Virus record (IMG/VR): IMGVR_UViG_2585428088_000002
Location: 64,395 to 103,450 of that record
DNA: 39,056 bases
Strand: one strand, 5' to 3'
Source of the DNA: a virus
A program made the translations under genes and the position numbers. Below, piece after piece: positions 9,684 through 19,125 of the stretch (position 1 is its first letter; each line of letters begins with the position of its first letter). Below the pieces are notes generated by a model. It was given only the letters and a program-made list of their open reading frames with translations, made no database searches and was not told where the DNA came from.

Positions 9684-10022
9684 GTGGAACAGACCCGGAG
9701 AACTGATTTTGTCCTATTTATTCAAGATAAGTTCGAGGATATTCAAAAGCTGTTTGCTAGAAAAAATGAAGGCTATGGCGCAAGCGGTGATCTCTTCTGG
9801 AATTTTCGCCAGACTGCCGAGCGGCTATACCCATCTATGTATGCTCAGGACCCTTGCGCAGCCATGTTTCTGGTAGCCGAAACGCTGGTGGACAAGCATA
9901 ACGTAGCTCTGGCCAAAGGCATTGCGGTCAGCGAATGCGAAGAACGCCTGCTGGATCGGATTGTGTATTCTCTGCTGGAACTGAAGATGGTATATGATCG
10001 TTCTGAACGGTCAGAAATATAA
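9684..10022 (+). CDS. Small helical protein, DUF1599/nucleotide-modification-associated-like
   Basis: GGAGGTG RBS and GTG start; KNEGYG...NF...DK...LLDRIVYSLL pattern. Confidence 0.55.
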   Translation: MEQTRRTDFVLFIQDKFEDIQKLFARKNEGYGASGDLFWNFRQTAERLYPSMYAQDPCAAMFLVAETLVDKHNVALAKGIAVSECEERLLDRIVYSLLELKMVYDRSERSEI

Positions 10023-10053
10023 GGGAAATCTACGGAAACATGTGCGTAAGCCC

Positions 10054-10085
10054 TTGCTAATTCCTGTGTTTAGAGTGATATATAG
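10054..10085 (+). promoter_or_regulatory. Promoter/operator motif, copy 1 (TTGCTA-N11-TAGAGTGATATATAG)
   Basis: Matches the copy at 34206 in sequence and spacing; precedes an RBS and ATG. Confidence 0.55.
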
Positions 10086-10113
10086 ACTACCAAAACACAG
10101 GGAGGGAAAACAC

Positions 10114-10311
10114 ATGAGAATTCAAAAAGGCGACCGGTTTCAAGCCACCTACTCGAAGCAAAGTTATGTGATTGTTGGGAAATGGGGCGGCAACCTGGTG
10201 CTTGCCCCGACGGCGAAGGACAATGACGAATGCCTGATCTACTCGGTTGGCGAAATTGAAGAATTGGTGAACACGTTGAAGTGGGTACGGGAAGCGGGGT
10301 GTGAACAATGA
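10114..10311 (+). CDS. Phage hypothetical protein
   Basis: GGAGGG RBS, ATG at 10114, ATGA overlap with the next gene. Confidence 0.65.
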   Translation: MRIQKGDRFQATYSKQSYVIVGKWGGNLVLAPTAKDNDECLIYSVGEIEELVNTLKWVREAGCEQ

Positions 10312-11126
10312 CTCGCAAAGAACTTGTGCAGGCGCTGGAAACAAAATGGGGAGTCAAAGCAAACTATCTTGGCGTACCAAGCTGCGCGTATGAAATCTAT
10401 TGCGAAGCGGGAAACTTCCTAATCGACCGTCATGGCGTAGTCAGAGATCAAACCGGCCGCGAGTATTCCGCTGAAGAAGTATTGAACCAACCCCAGACCG
10501 AGCCAGCCGAAGAGCCGGAGCCGATCGGGTGGGAGGAACTGCCGCTTTCGGGGTATGCGGTTGAATTGCCGCTGGAAGGCCACACGGCGGCGAGTCTGCG
10601 AAATTTGATCAACATGCTCGCCAGCAAAGAGAGGCTGCTTGTGAGCGCCTTTGCCCTGACGCGGTCGCTGGTGGACAGCCGCTTGGCGGAGGAACTTTGC
10701 AAAAGAAGCGTCGAGGATATGGAGAGTTTTCAGGCGGTTTGGAGTGAATTCGGAGATGGGCACTGCCTTGGATTTGAAATGAATTTTGAAAAGCAGACCA
10801 TGGCCGTGAAGCTGGTAAAAGAAAACATGGCAGTGGAGGAAATGACGGCCTTTTTGGATCTGGCGGTTTGCATGAATGAGAATGCCAGAAAGCTTAAATA
10901 CTCTTCCTTCAAACCCGCCCAAGAGGACAACCCCAAATACGCCATGCGAACCTGGCTGCTCCGGCTGGGTATGAGCGGCGACGCTTTCAAAAAGACCCGA
11001 AAAGTTCTGCTGGCCCGTCTTTCCGGTAGCGCCGCCTTTCGCACACCGGCAGAGGAGGAAAAGCATAAGGCCCGCTTGCTGGCCAGAAAACAAAACCTGT
11101 GCGAGGAGGATGGCGATGTTTGTTAA
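10308..11126 (+). CDS. Conserved phage protein (so-called virulence-related family)
   Basis: RKELV...YLGVPSCAYEI and DNPKYAMRTWLLRLG...RKVLL..LSGSAAFR. Confidence 0.75.
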   Translation: MTRKELVQALETKWGVKANYLGVPSCAYEIYCEAGNFLIDRHGVVRDQTGREYSAEEVLNQPQTEPAEEPEPIGWEELPLSGYAVELPLEGHTAASLRNLINMLASKERLLVSAFALTRSLVDSRLAEELCKRSVEDMESFQAVWSEFGDGHCLGFEMNFEKQTMAVKLVKENMAVEEMTAFLDLAVCMNENARKLKYSSFKPAQEDNPKYAMRTWLLRLGMSGDAFKKTRKVLLARLSGSAAFRTPAEEEKHKARLLARKQNLCEEDGDVC

Positions 11127-11334
11127 AAGAGAAATAGTCGAGCGGCTGCGCAGACAGTATCCTGCCGGCACGAGGGTTGAGCTTGTGCGTATGAATGACG
11201 AACAGGCGCCGCCCATTGGCACTCTCGGGACGGTAACCGGCGTGGACGACATTGGCAGCATTATGGTTTCCTGGGACAACGGCGGCAGCCTGAGCGTGGT
11301 CTACGGAGAGGATTTGTGCAAAAAGGTAGACTAA
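11116..11334 (+). CDS. DUF4314 domain protein
   Basis: YPAGTRVELVRMND...GTVTGVDDIGSIMVSWDNGGSL.V.YGED. Confidence 0.85.
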   Translation: MFVKREIVERLRRQYPAGTRVELVRMNDEQAPPIGTLGTVTGVDDIGSIMVSWDNGGSLSVVYGEDLCKKVD

Positions 11335-11389
11335 AATAGCATATTGAGATGCGGCCCTGGCAGGGGCTGTTTCTCGTACAACCAGACAC

Positions 11390-11416
11390 GAGACTTCTTC
11401 GGAGGTCTTTTTTTTC
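11390..11416 (+). terminator. Intrinsic terminator upstream of terS
   Basis: AGACTTC-TTCG-GAGGTCT followed by a T-run. Confidence 0.7.
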
Positions 11417-11452
11417 ATGCCATGAAAGCTGATATGAGGAGGTGAGGGGCTT

Positions 11453-11926
11453 ATGGCGCAGAGAGGAAGAAAACCAAAACCGACCGCTCTTAAGGAACTG
11501 GAAGGCAATCCGGGCAGACGGCCGTTAAACAAAAATGAACCAAAGCCTAATAAAAAAGCCCCGCGCTGTCCTTCGTGGCTGGAAGAGGAAGCAAAAAAAG
11601 AATGGAAACGCATGGGCAAGCTCTTAGAGCAGATGGGACTGCTAACGGAAATGGATATGGCGGCTTTCGCGGGATATTGTCAGGCGTATGCCCGCTGGAA
11701 GGAAGCCGAAGAATTTATAACCCAGCATGGTACGATGATCCGAACTCCCAACGGCTATCTGCAGCAAGTGCCGCAGGTGTCCATAGCCCAGACAAACCTA
11801 AAAATCATGCTGAAATTCTGCGAGCAGTTCGGCCTTACGCCTTCGGCCAGAAGTAGAATTGCGGCAGGCGAAGGCTCTGTTGATCCAACAGACGAGATGG
11901 AGCAACTGTTGGGAGGCGGTGAATGA
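11453..11926 (+). CDS. terS: Terminase small subunit, P27 family
   Basis: RGRKPKPTALK.LEGNPG.R and FGLTPSARSRI. Confidence 0.95.
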   Translation: MAQRGRKPKPTALKELEGNPGRRPLNKNEPKPNKKAPRCPSWLEEEAKKEWKRMGKLLEQMGLLTEMDMAAFAGYCQAYARWKEAEEFITQHGTMIRTPNGYLQQVPQVSIAQTNLKIMLKFCEQFGLTPSARSRIAAGEGSVDPTDEMEQLLGGGE

Positions 11927-13515
11927 TGTCGTACCACTACACGCCTTCTCCCTTCATACTTGCAACTTCCCGTTATGACAAGGCAAAGGCTGACCGGGCG
12001 GTTGCTTTTATTGAAAATCTCTGCCACACCAAAGGCAAGTGGGCGGGAAAGAAGTTCCTGCTATTGCCTTGGCAGGAGCAGATTGTCAGGGATCTTTTCG
12101 GCATTGTCGGCGAGAACGGCAAACGGCAGTTTCTTACCGCCTATATAGAAATACCGAAAAAACAGGGCAAGTCGGAACTCGCAGCCGCCATTGCCCTTTA
12201 TCTTTTGTATGCCGACAACGAACCTAGCGCCGAAGTGTACGGAGCCGCTTGCGACAGGTCGCAGGCTTCCATTGTGTTCGACGTGGCCAAGCAGATGGTG
12301 CAGATGTCGCCGGCTTTGTTAAAACGGTCGAAGATTACAGCCGCCACTAAGCGCATCGTGAACTATTCTAATGCAGGGTTTTATCAGGTACTTTCGGCGG
12401 AAACAGGGACAAAACATGGTCTTAACGTGTCTGGTCTTGTTTTTGACGAAATTCACGCCCAACCGGATCGCAGACTGTACGATGTCCTGACCAAAGGTTC
12501 CGGAGATGCCCGTGAGCAGCCGCTGTTCTTCATCATAACCACAGCAGGAAATGATAAGAACAGCATCTGCTATGAATTGCACGCCAAAGCGCTGGATATC
12601 AAGGCCGGTCGCAAAAAAGACAGTACTTTTTATCCGGTTGTATATGGGCTGACCGAACAGGACGATTGGAATGATGAAGACAACTGGTACAAGGCAAATC
12701 CGTCCCTCGGTCACACCATCGCTATAGAGCGTGTCCGCGAAGCCTATAAAAACGCGCTGGAAAATCCTGCGGAAGAAAATGTGTTCAAACAGCTTCGCTT
12801 AAATATCTGGACATCGGCGACCGTGTGCTGGATTCCGGAGCATATCTATGGCCGGGGCGATCTTCCCCTCGACATGGATTCGCTCCATGGCAGAGAGTGT
12901 TACGGCGGGCTTGACCTTTCAAGCACCTCTGATATTACCGCTTTCGTCCTGGTGTTCCCGCCACGCGCGGAGGACGAGAAGTATGTCGTGCTTCCGTTCT
13001 TCTGGCTGCCAAAGGATACTTTGGAGCTGCGGTGCCGCCGGGACCATGTGCTTTACGATGTGTGGGAACTGCAAGGCTATATTCAGACCACCGAAGGCAA
13101 CGTCATTCACTACGGCTTCATTGAAAAATTTATAGAGGAGTTGGGCGAGAGATACCACATCAAGGAAATCGCCTATGACCGCTGGAACGCCACGCAAATG
13201 GTGCAGAACCTGGAGGATATGGGATTTACGGTTGTTCCCTTCGGGCAGGGATACAAGGATATGTCTCCGCCGTCCAAGGAACTCTATAAGCTGCTGATGG
13301 AAGGCAGCATCAATCACGGCGGAAACCCTGTCCTCAAATGGATGGCGCAGAACGTGGTTATGCGCCAGGACCCAGCCGGAAATATCAAGCCGGACAAGGA
13401 AAAGTCGGTGGAAAAGATCGACGGAATTGTCGCCGTCATTATGGCGCTTGACCGATCGATACGAAATAAAAGCGATGCTAGCGTTTATGATGGGAGAGGG
13501 ATTCTGTTTATTTAG
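11923..13515 (+). CDS. terL: Terminase large subunit
   Basis: PKKQGKSEL Walker A, VFDEIH Walker B, GLDLSSTSD, KIDG. Confidence 0.96.
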   Translation: MMSYHYTPSPFILATSRYDKAKADRAVAFIENLCHTKGKWAGKKFLLLPWQEQIVRDLFGIVGENGKRQFLTAYIEIPKKQGKSELAAAIALYLLYADNEPSAEVYGAACDRSQASIVFDVAKQMVQMSPALLKRSKITAATKRIVNYSNAGFYQVLSAETGTKHGLNVSGLVFDEIHAQPDRRLYDVLTKGSGDAREQPLFFIITTAGNDKNSICYELHAKALDIKAGRKKDSTFYPVVYGLTEQDDWNDEDNWYKANPSLGHTIAIERVREAYKNALENPAEENVFKQLRLNIWTSATVCWIPEHIYGRGDLPLDMDSLHGRECYGGLDLSSTSDITAFVLVFPPRAEDEKYVVLPFFWLPKDTLELRCRRDHVLYDVWELQGYIQTTEGNVIHYGFIEKFIEELGERYHIKEIAYDRWNATQMVQNLEDMGFTVVPFGQGYKDMSPPSKELYKLLMEGSINHGGNPVLKWMAQNVVMRQDPAGNIKPDKEKSVEKIDGIVAVIMALDRSIRNKSDASVYDGRGILFI

Positions 13516-13605
13516 TTCTTCGAAATAAGTTGACTCATAGTGGCGTCTGGTATTGCAATAAAGGAAGAATGCCGCCTACGTAAAGATTGATCTATCCGGG
13601 CGCTG

Positions 13606-13668
13606 GACAAAGAAAAAAGCACCGATTGCATTTGCGGTGCTGTGATTCTTGATTATGGCGTTAAACGT
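13606..13668 (+). pseudogene. Degenerate relic of a second terL 3' end
   Basis: Translates as DKEKSTDCICGAV/(frameshift)LIMALN, versus DKEKSVEKIDGIVAVIMALD in the intact terL. Confidence 0.55.
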
Positions 13669-13669
13669 A

Positions 13670-14266
13670 TTAAGCATTCATTTCTTTCTTAACAGTCTCC
13701 CATTCTTCTTTCAATATCTTTGCTGCTATTTCGTTAAAGGAAAAAAGGTGATTTGTGAAGTTCTCATTATACCCATCATTATCTGGATGAGAATATTCCA
13801 TCAAGTCAAGAATATTTCTGATTGTCTTAAGGACATCTTTATGTAACTGATCCTTTTCTTCGTTAGGATTTAAAGAGAATTGTATATACGATGCCATCCA
13901 TTGGATTTTTTTTATTTTCTCTATATCAGTGTTATTAAGGCCAATTTCTGGGCCTTTAATAAATCTGATGTATAAATGGTATTCGTTGCAGGCGGCACTA
14001 AAATCAGCAAACTGTTCTCTAAGCTTATGTATCCATTTCATTCTTTCTGAAGTTACGAAATCATTATAACTCTTCTTTTTTTGAATATCCATTTTTGCTT
14101 GTTCTGTATCTAGTTTTGACTTTTCAATCATTCTCTGATTGGTTTGAGTAAATTTTACACCATATAAGGCTAAGATCGGACTCAAAAAAGCCGCCAAGGT
14201 TAGAAATAGATCTTTGAACTGTCCCCAGTTAATTCCATTGATTATTTGAATTGCTGAATCCATCAT
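13670..14266 (-). CDS. AT-rich moron, membrane-anchored hypothetical protein
   Basis: Reverse orientation between terL and portal; N-terminal TM segment LFLTLAAFLSPILALYGV then coiled coil; AGAGGT RBS; TGcTATAAT at 14344-14336. Confidence 0.75.
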   Translation of the reverse strand: MMDSAIQIINGINWGQFKDLFLTLAAFLSPILALYGVKFTQTNQRMIEKSKLDTEQAKMDIQKKKSYNDFVTSERMKWIHKLREQFADFSAACNEYHLYIRFIKGPEIGLNNTDIEKIKKIQWMASYIQFSLNPNEEKDQLHKDVLKTIRNILDLMEYSHPDNDGYNENFTNHLFSFNEIAAKILKEEWETVKKEMNA

Positions 14267-14404
14267 AATACCTCTCTTCAAGATGAACCTATAGGATATA
14301 GGTGTTTTGGTTATTTATTTGGCTGTTACTTGAAAATTATAGCATGTTTTAGTGAATAAATCTTGTTATCAATGTACATTAAAATGCTCTTTGGGAGGTG
14401 ACTC

Positions 14405-15643
14405 ATGAAGATTCCTTTTATATCAAGACTTTTTCAAACAAGAGCCAGCCCACAAAACAGCTTCTGGGGCAGCTCCTACAGCTTTTTCTTCGGCGCAAGC
14501 TCCAGCGGCCAGACGGTCAATGAGCGAACGGCGCTGCAGACCACGGCGGTCTACGCCTGCGTCAGAATCCTGGCGGAAACCATCGCTTCTCTGCCGTTTC
14601 ACACCTACAGATATACAACCAACGGCAAAGAAAAAGCCATGGACCATCAAATATACTATCTGCTCCACAGTGAGCCAAACCCGGAGATGACCTCATTCGT
14701 GTTTCGTGAAACACTGATGGGGCATCTTTTGTTATGGGGTAATGCTTATGCGCAGATCATCCGGGACGGGCGGGGCAGAGTGGTCAGCTTATACCCGTTG
14801 CTTCCAAACAAAATGCTGGTCAACCGGAACGATCAGGGAATTCTGTACTACCAGTATGAAAAGGATGGCCAGACATTTTTATTGCGCAATTACGAAGTCC
14901 TCCACATTCCAGGGCTTGGCTTTGACGGCCTTATCGGCTATTCACCGATCGCCATGGCCAAAAACGCCATCGGCATGGCAATCGCCACCGAAGAATACGG
15001 TGCCAAGTTCTTTGCCAACGGGGCTAATCCAGGCGGTGTCTTAGAGCATCCCGGCGTGGTCAAAGACCCGGCGCGAATCCGGGAAAGCTGGAACGCCGTG
15101 TATCAGGGAAGCAGCAACGCCCACCGGGTAGCGGTGCTGGAAGAAGGAATGAAGTTTCAAAGCATAGGCATACCGCCGGAACAAGCGCAGTTTTTAGAAA
15201 CGCGCAAATTCCAAATCAACGAGATTGCCCGCATCTTTCGCATCCCGCCCCATATGATCGGCGATCTGGAGAAATCCAGCTTCTCCAATATCGAACAGCA
15301 GTCGCTGGAATTTGTAATGTATACTTTGGACCCGTGGGTGGTTCGCTGGGAAGAAGCCATACAGCGAGCCTTGTTCAGCGAAAGCGAAAAGCGGCAGTAC
15401 TTCGTAAAATTCAACGTGGACGGGCTGCTCCGCGGCGACTACCAGAGCCGGATGAACGGCTATGCCGTAGGTAGGCAAAACGGCTGGCTTTCCAGCAACG
15501 ACATCCGCGAACTGGAAAACCTCAACCGAATACCGGCAGAATTGGGCGGAGACTTGTATCTCATCAACGGCAACATGACTAAGCTGGCTGACGCGGGGGC
15601 ATTTGCCCAAAAGAATGCAAAGGGAATGGAGGGAAGCAAATGA
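14405..15643 (+). CDS. Portal protein, HK97 family
   Basis: AVYACVRILAETIASLP, PNPEMT, LLLWGNAY, EIARIFRIPPHMIG. Confidence 0.96.
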   Translation: MKIPFISRLFQTRASPQNSFWGSSYSFFFGASSSGQTVNERTALQTTAVYACVRILAETIASLPFHTYRYTTNGKEKAMDHQIYYLLHSEPNPEMTSFVFRETLMGHLLLWGNAYAQIIRDGRGRVVSLYPLLPNKMLVNRNDQGILYYQYEKDGQTFLLRNYEVLHIPGLGFDGLIGYSPIAMAKNAIGMAIATEEYGAKFFANGANPGGVLEHPGVVKDPARIRESWNAVYQGSSNAHRVAVLEEGMKFQSIGIPPEQAQFLETRKFQINEIARIFRIPPHMIGDLEKSSFSNIEQQSLEFVMYTLDPWVVRWEEAIQRALFSESEKRQYFVKFNVDGLLRGDYQSRMNGYAVGRQNGWLSSNDIRELENLNRIPAELGGDLYLINGNMTKLADAGAFAQKNAKGMEGSK

Positions 15644-16332
15644 AGAAATTTTGGAACTGGGTAAAAAACGAGGACGGCCGCACCTTGTATTTTGACGGCT
15701 ACATCGCACAAGACAGCTGGTTTGACGATGACATCACCCCGGAAAAATTCAAGGCCGAGCTTACTGCTTCTGCCGGTGACATCGCGGTTTGGCTCAATTC
15801 TCCAGGCGGCGATGTGTTTGCGGCCAGCCAGATCTACACCATGCTCAAGGAGTATGAAGGCAAGGTCACAATCAAGATTGACGGCATCGCAGCCAGTGCA
15901 GCATCGGTGATCGCTATGGCCGGCGATGAAATTGTGATGTCGCCGGTGGCCATGATGATGATCCACAATCCAGCCACGGTTGTCTTCGGTGAAGCGGCTG
16001 ATCTCGCAAGCGGCATTAAGCTGCTGAACGAGGTCAAGGAAAGTATCATCAACGCCTATGAACAGCGGACCGGCCTGCCGCGCGGAAAAATTTCAAATAT
16101 GATGGACGCGGAAACCTGGTTCAGCGCGCAAAAAGCGGTGGAACTGGGCTTTGCCGATAAAATCCTCTACGCGCCTGATGCACAGGATGCGGCAGAGGGT
16201 TTTATTTTTGACCGCCTAACCGTCACCAATGCTTTTTTGCGGAAGCTTCCCAGGGAAAAAGAGAAGCCGCAGGCTGCATTGGCAGGGACGCCGCACAAAG
16301 AACTGCTGACTAGACTTGAACTTTTGAAATAA
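15640..16332 (+). CDS. ClpP-like prohead protease
   Basis: LNSPGGDVF, GIAASAASVIAMAG, MIHNP, ETWFSAQKAVELGFAD. Confidence 0.94.
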   Translation: MKKFWNWVKNEDGRTLYFDGYIAQDSWFDDDITPEKFKAELTASAGDIAVWLNSPGGDVFAASQIYTMLKEYEGKVTIKIDGIAASAASVIAMAGDEIVMSPVAMMMIHNPATVVFGEAADLASGIKLLNEVKESIINAYEQRTGLPRGKISNMMDAETWFSAQKAVELGFADKILYAPDAQDAAEGFIFDRLTVTNAFLRKLPREKEKPQAALAGTPHKELLTRLELLK

Positions 16333-16352
16333 AAAACAGGGAGGAACTCACT

Positions 16353-17549
16353 ATGAATAAAATACTGGAATTGCGCGAGAAGCGCGCCAAGCTTTGGGAC
16401 AGCACCAAAGCTTTTTTAGATTCCCGGCGAAATGAAAATGGTCTGCTGTCAGCCGAAGACACTGCTACCTATGAAAAGATGGAAGCCGATGTTGTGAGCT
16501 TGGGTAAAGAAATCGACCGCCTGGAGCGCCAAGCGGTGCTGGACCTCGAACTGTCCAAGCCTACCACCGCTGCCATTACGAACAAACCCAGCCAGCATCA
16601 GGAGACAGAGAAAACCGGCCGGGCGTCCGGCGAATACAAAGCGGCCTTTTGGAAGGCAATGAAGAACAAAAACAGCTTTGATGTGCAAAATGCCCTGCAA
16701 GTTGGAACCGACTCCGAAGGCGGTTACTTGGTGCCGGATGAATTTGAGCGCACCCTGGTGGAAACCCTGCAGGAAGAAAACATTTTCCGGCAACTGGCTA
16801 CTATCATTACCACTTCATCGGGGGATCGTAAAATTCCGGTAGTCGCCACCAAGGGAACCGCTTCCTGGGTGGACGAAGAAGGCGCGATCCCCGAGTCGGA
16901 CGATGCCTTTGGTCAGGTTTCCATAGGAGCCTACAAGTTGGCTACGATGATCAAGGTGTCGGAGGAGCTCTTAAACGACAGCGTGTTTAACCTGGAGCAG
17001 TATATCGCCAAGGAGTTTGGCCGGCGCATTGGAGCGAAAGAGGAGGAAGCCTTCTTTGTCGGCGACGGCACCGGAAAACCTACCGGCATTTTCAATACCA
17101 CCGGCGGTGCCGGCGTGGGAATCACGACTGCTAGCGCTTCGGCCATCACTATTGACGAAATCATGGATCTGTTCTACTCGCTGAAATCGCCATACCGCAA
17201 GAATGCCGTATTCGTCACCAATGACGCGACCGTCAAGTCCATCCGCAAGCTGAAAGATGGAAACGGCCAGTACCTTTGGCAGCCTTCGGTGACCGCGGGC
17301 CAGCCGGATACCATCTTAAACCGTCCGCTGAAGACCTCCGCTTATGTTCCAGCCATCGCGGCGGCGGCAAAAACCATCGCCTTTGGCGATTTCAGCTACT
17401 ACTGGGTGGCGGACCGCCAGGGCAGAGCCTTCCAGCGGCTTAACGAACTCTATGCGGCAACCGGGCAGGTCGGCTTCAAGGCCACTCAGCGTGTCGACGG
17501 CAAACTGCTTCTTGCCGAAGCTGTCAAAGTGCTCCAAATGAAAGCGTAG
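16353..17549 (+). CDS. Major capsid protein, HK97 family
   Basis: N-terminal coiled-coil delta domain; GGYLVP, FGDFSYY, RVDG. Confidence 0.96.
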   Translation: MNKILELREKRAKLWDSTKAFLDSRRNENGLLSAEDTATYEKMEADVVSLGKEIDRLERQAVLDLELSKPTTAAITNKPSQHQETEKTGRASGEYKAAFWKAMKNKNSFDVQNALQVGTDSEGGYLVPDEFERTLVETLQEENIFRQLATIITTSSGDRKIPVVATKGTASWVDEEGAIPESDDAFGQVSIGAYKLATMIKVSEELLNDSVFNLEQYIAKEFGRRIGAKEEEAFFVGDGTGKPTGIFNTTGGAGVGITTASASAITIDEIMDLFYSLKSPYRKNAVFVTNDATVKSIRKLKDGNGQYLWQPSVTAGQPDTILNRPLKTSAYVPAIAAAAKTIAFGDFSYYWVADRQGRAFQRLNELYAATGQVGFKATQRVDGKLLLAEAVKVLQMKA

Positions 17550-17559
17550 GTGAGAAGCG

Positions 17560-17778
17560 ATGAGTAACGTCAAAAACTATACGGAGCAAGGCGGGGAGAG
17601 AACCGTAATTGGCGGCACCTTGGAGATTGTGGCAGGCGGGCAGGTGGTCGGCCTTTTTACGCCAGCCGCCTTTCAGGCTGACAGTACGGCTACTACCATA
17701 GCAGGGCTGGTGACGGACTTCAATTCGCTTCTGGCCAAGCTAAAAGCCGCGGGCCTCATGGAACCGACCAATGGCTGA
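17560..17778 (+). CDS. Head fibre/decoration protein
   Basis: KNYTEQGG.RTVIGGTLEI and DFNSLLAKLKAAGLM; directly after the capsid gene. Confidence 0.75.
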   Translation: MSNVKNYTEQGGERTVIGGTLEIVAGGQVVGLFTPAAFQADSTATTIAGLVTDFNSLLAKLKAAGLMEPTNG

Positions 17779-18037
17779 GCCGCTGACACTGACGGAAATA
17801 AAGGAATACCTGCGCATTGACGGTGAGGAGGGAAATTCCCTTCTCACCGCCTTACTTTCGGCGGCGATATCTCACTCAGAAAACTATCTGCAAGCGCCGC
17901 TGCCGAGTGAAACGCCAACTCCCGTTAAACAAGCCTTGCTGATTTTAATCGGACATTTTTATGAACAGCGCGCGGGCGAGGATATTCCCAATGTGGTGTA
18001 TGTCCTTCTTTCCCCATATCGCGCGCATCTCTGGTAG
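17771..18037 (+). CDS. Head-tail connector (HK97 gp6-like)
   Basis: LTEIKEYLRID...KQALLILIGHFYEQR...LLSPYR. Confidence 0.9.
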   Translation: MAEPLTLTEIKEYLRIDGEEGNSLLTALLSAAISHSENYLQAPLPSETPTPVKQALLILIGHFYEQRAGEDIPNVVYVLLSPYRAHLW

Positions 18038-18045
18038 GTGATGAT

Positions 18046-18384
18046 ATGAACCCAGGAGAACTGAACTGCCGCTGCATCTTGCTGAAGGAAACTCAGGTGC
18101 CGGACGATCAGGGCGGCTATGAAACGATTTATATGACGCGAGCTACCGTTTGGGCTAAGGTCATGGCGTTGACCGCCAAGACGGTAGACCAATATGAGCA
18201 GCTAACACCTGAGATTTTACACCGCATCATTATTCGCTATCGCCGCGATGTGGCGGTGTCGGACCGGATTCAATACGGCGGCCGTATCTTTGAGCAGATC
18301 GGGCCGCCTATTGATGTGGAAGAAAAGCATGCGTTTTTAAGCCTGGAATGCCGGGAGGTAGTGGCCGATGCGGCTGGCAATTAG
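18046..18384 (+). CDS. Head closure protein (SPP1 gp16-like)
   Basis: MNPGELN.R...DDQGG...WAKV...IIIRYR. Confidence 0.88.
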   Translation: MNPGELNCRCILLKETQVPDDQGGYETIYMTRATVWAKVMALTAKTVDQYEQLTPEILHRIIIRYRRDVAVSDRIQYGGRIFEQIGPPIDVEEKHAFLSLECREVVADAAGN

Positions 18385-18730
18385 GGTAACCGGGATTGAT
18401 CAATGCGTTTCCTTCGGCGACCTCATTTCTACCAATGTCAGCCAGGCGATTGAAAAAGAAACCGAGCTGGGGGCTAAAGAAGTTCGAAAGCGCGAGCGCT
18501 CGCTGGCTCCGGTCAAAAGCGGCCTTTTGCGCAAAAGTATCGTGAGCCGCAAAGGAAAGTACGGTATCTCTCGCATGGTCAGGGCTAAAGCGCCGCATGC
18601 GCCGCTGCAGGAATATGGCACTAAACGGGGCGTGAAGGGCAAGCATTTTGCCGAGCGGGCGCGCCGTGAGCTGATGCCGGGCATCCAAGAGAAGATCCGG
18701 ACAGCGGTGCGAAATGAGGTGAGACGATGA
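18368..18730 (+). CDS. HK97 gp10-family tail completion protein
   Basis: APVKSGLLRKSI and EYGT motifs. Confidence 0.85.
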   Translation: MRLAIRVTGIDQCVSFGDLISTNVSQAIEKETELGAKEVRKRERSLAPVKSGLLRKSIVSRKGKYGISRMVRAKAPHAPLQEYGTKRGVKGKHFAERARRELMPGIQEKIRTAVRNEVRR

Positions 18731-19119
18731 AGCGATCCCCAGTGTCGCCGCTAAACAAGGCGCTCTTTGAGCGTTTAAAAAGTCATATGGCGGCTCCGGT
18801 TTATGACTATGTGCCGGCAGGCAAAAAAGCGCCCTATGTGGTGCTGACCGACACAACGGCAGAGAGCTGGAGCACCAAAACGGTATGCGGCGCGGATGTC
18901 ATGGCCACCCTCAAAGTCTACAGCGAGTACCAGGGAGACAAGGAAGTGGCGGAGCTTTGCGATAGGGCTATTTCGGCGATACAAAGCGAGCCACTGATTT
19001 TAACCGACGAGTGGCAGGTCGGGCTTTCGAGCGTGGACAGCCATTCGGTGGAACGCCTGGAAACGCACCGCGAAGCTACGGTAACCTTCAAGTTTACGAT
19101 TATTGATACTAAGGAGTGA
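18727..19119 (+). CDS. Tail terminator (DUF3168-like)
   Basis: VYDYVP....PYVV; position before the tail tube gene. Confidence 0.8.
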   Translation: MKRSPVSPLNKALFERLKSHMAAPVYDYVPAGKKAPYVVLTDTTAESWSTKTVCGADVMATLKVYSEYQGDKEVAELCDRAISAIQSEPLILTDEWQVGLSSVDSHSVERLETHREATVTFKFTIIDTKE

Positions 19120-19125
19120 TGAAAG

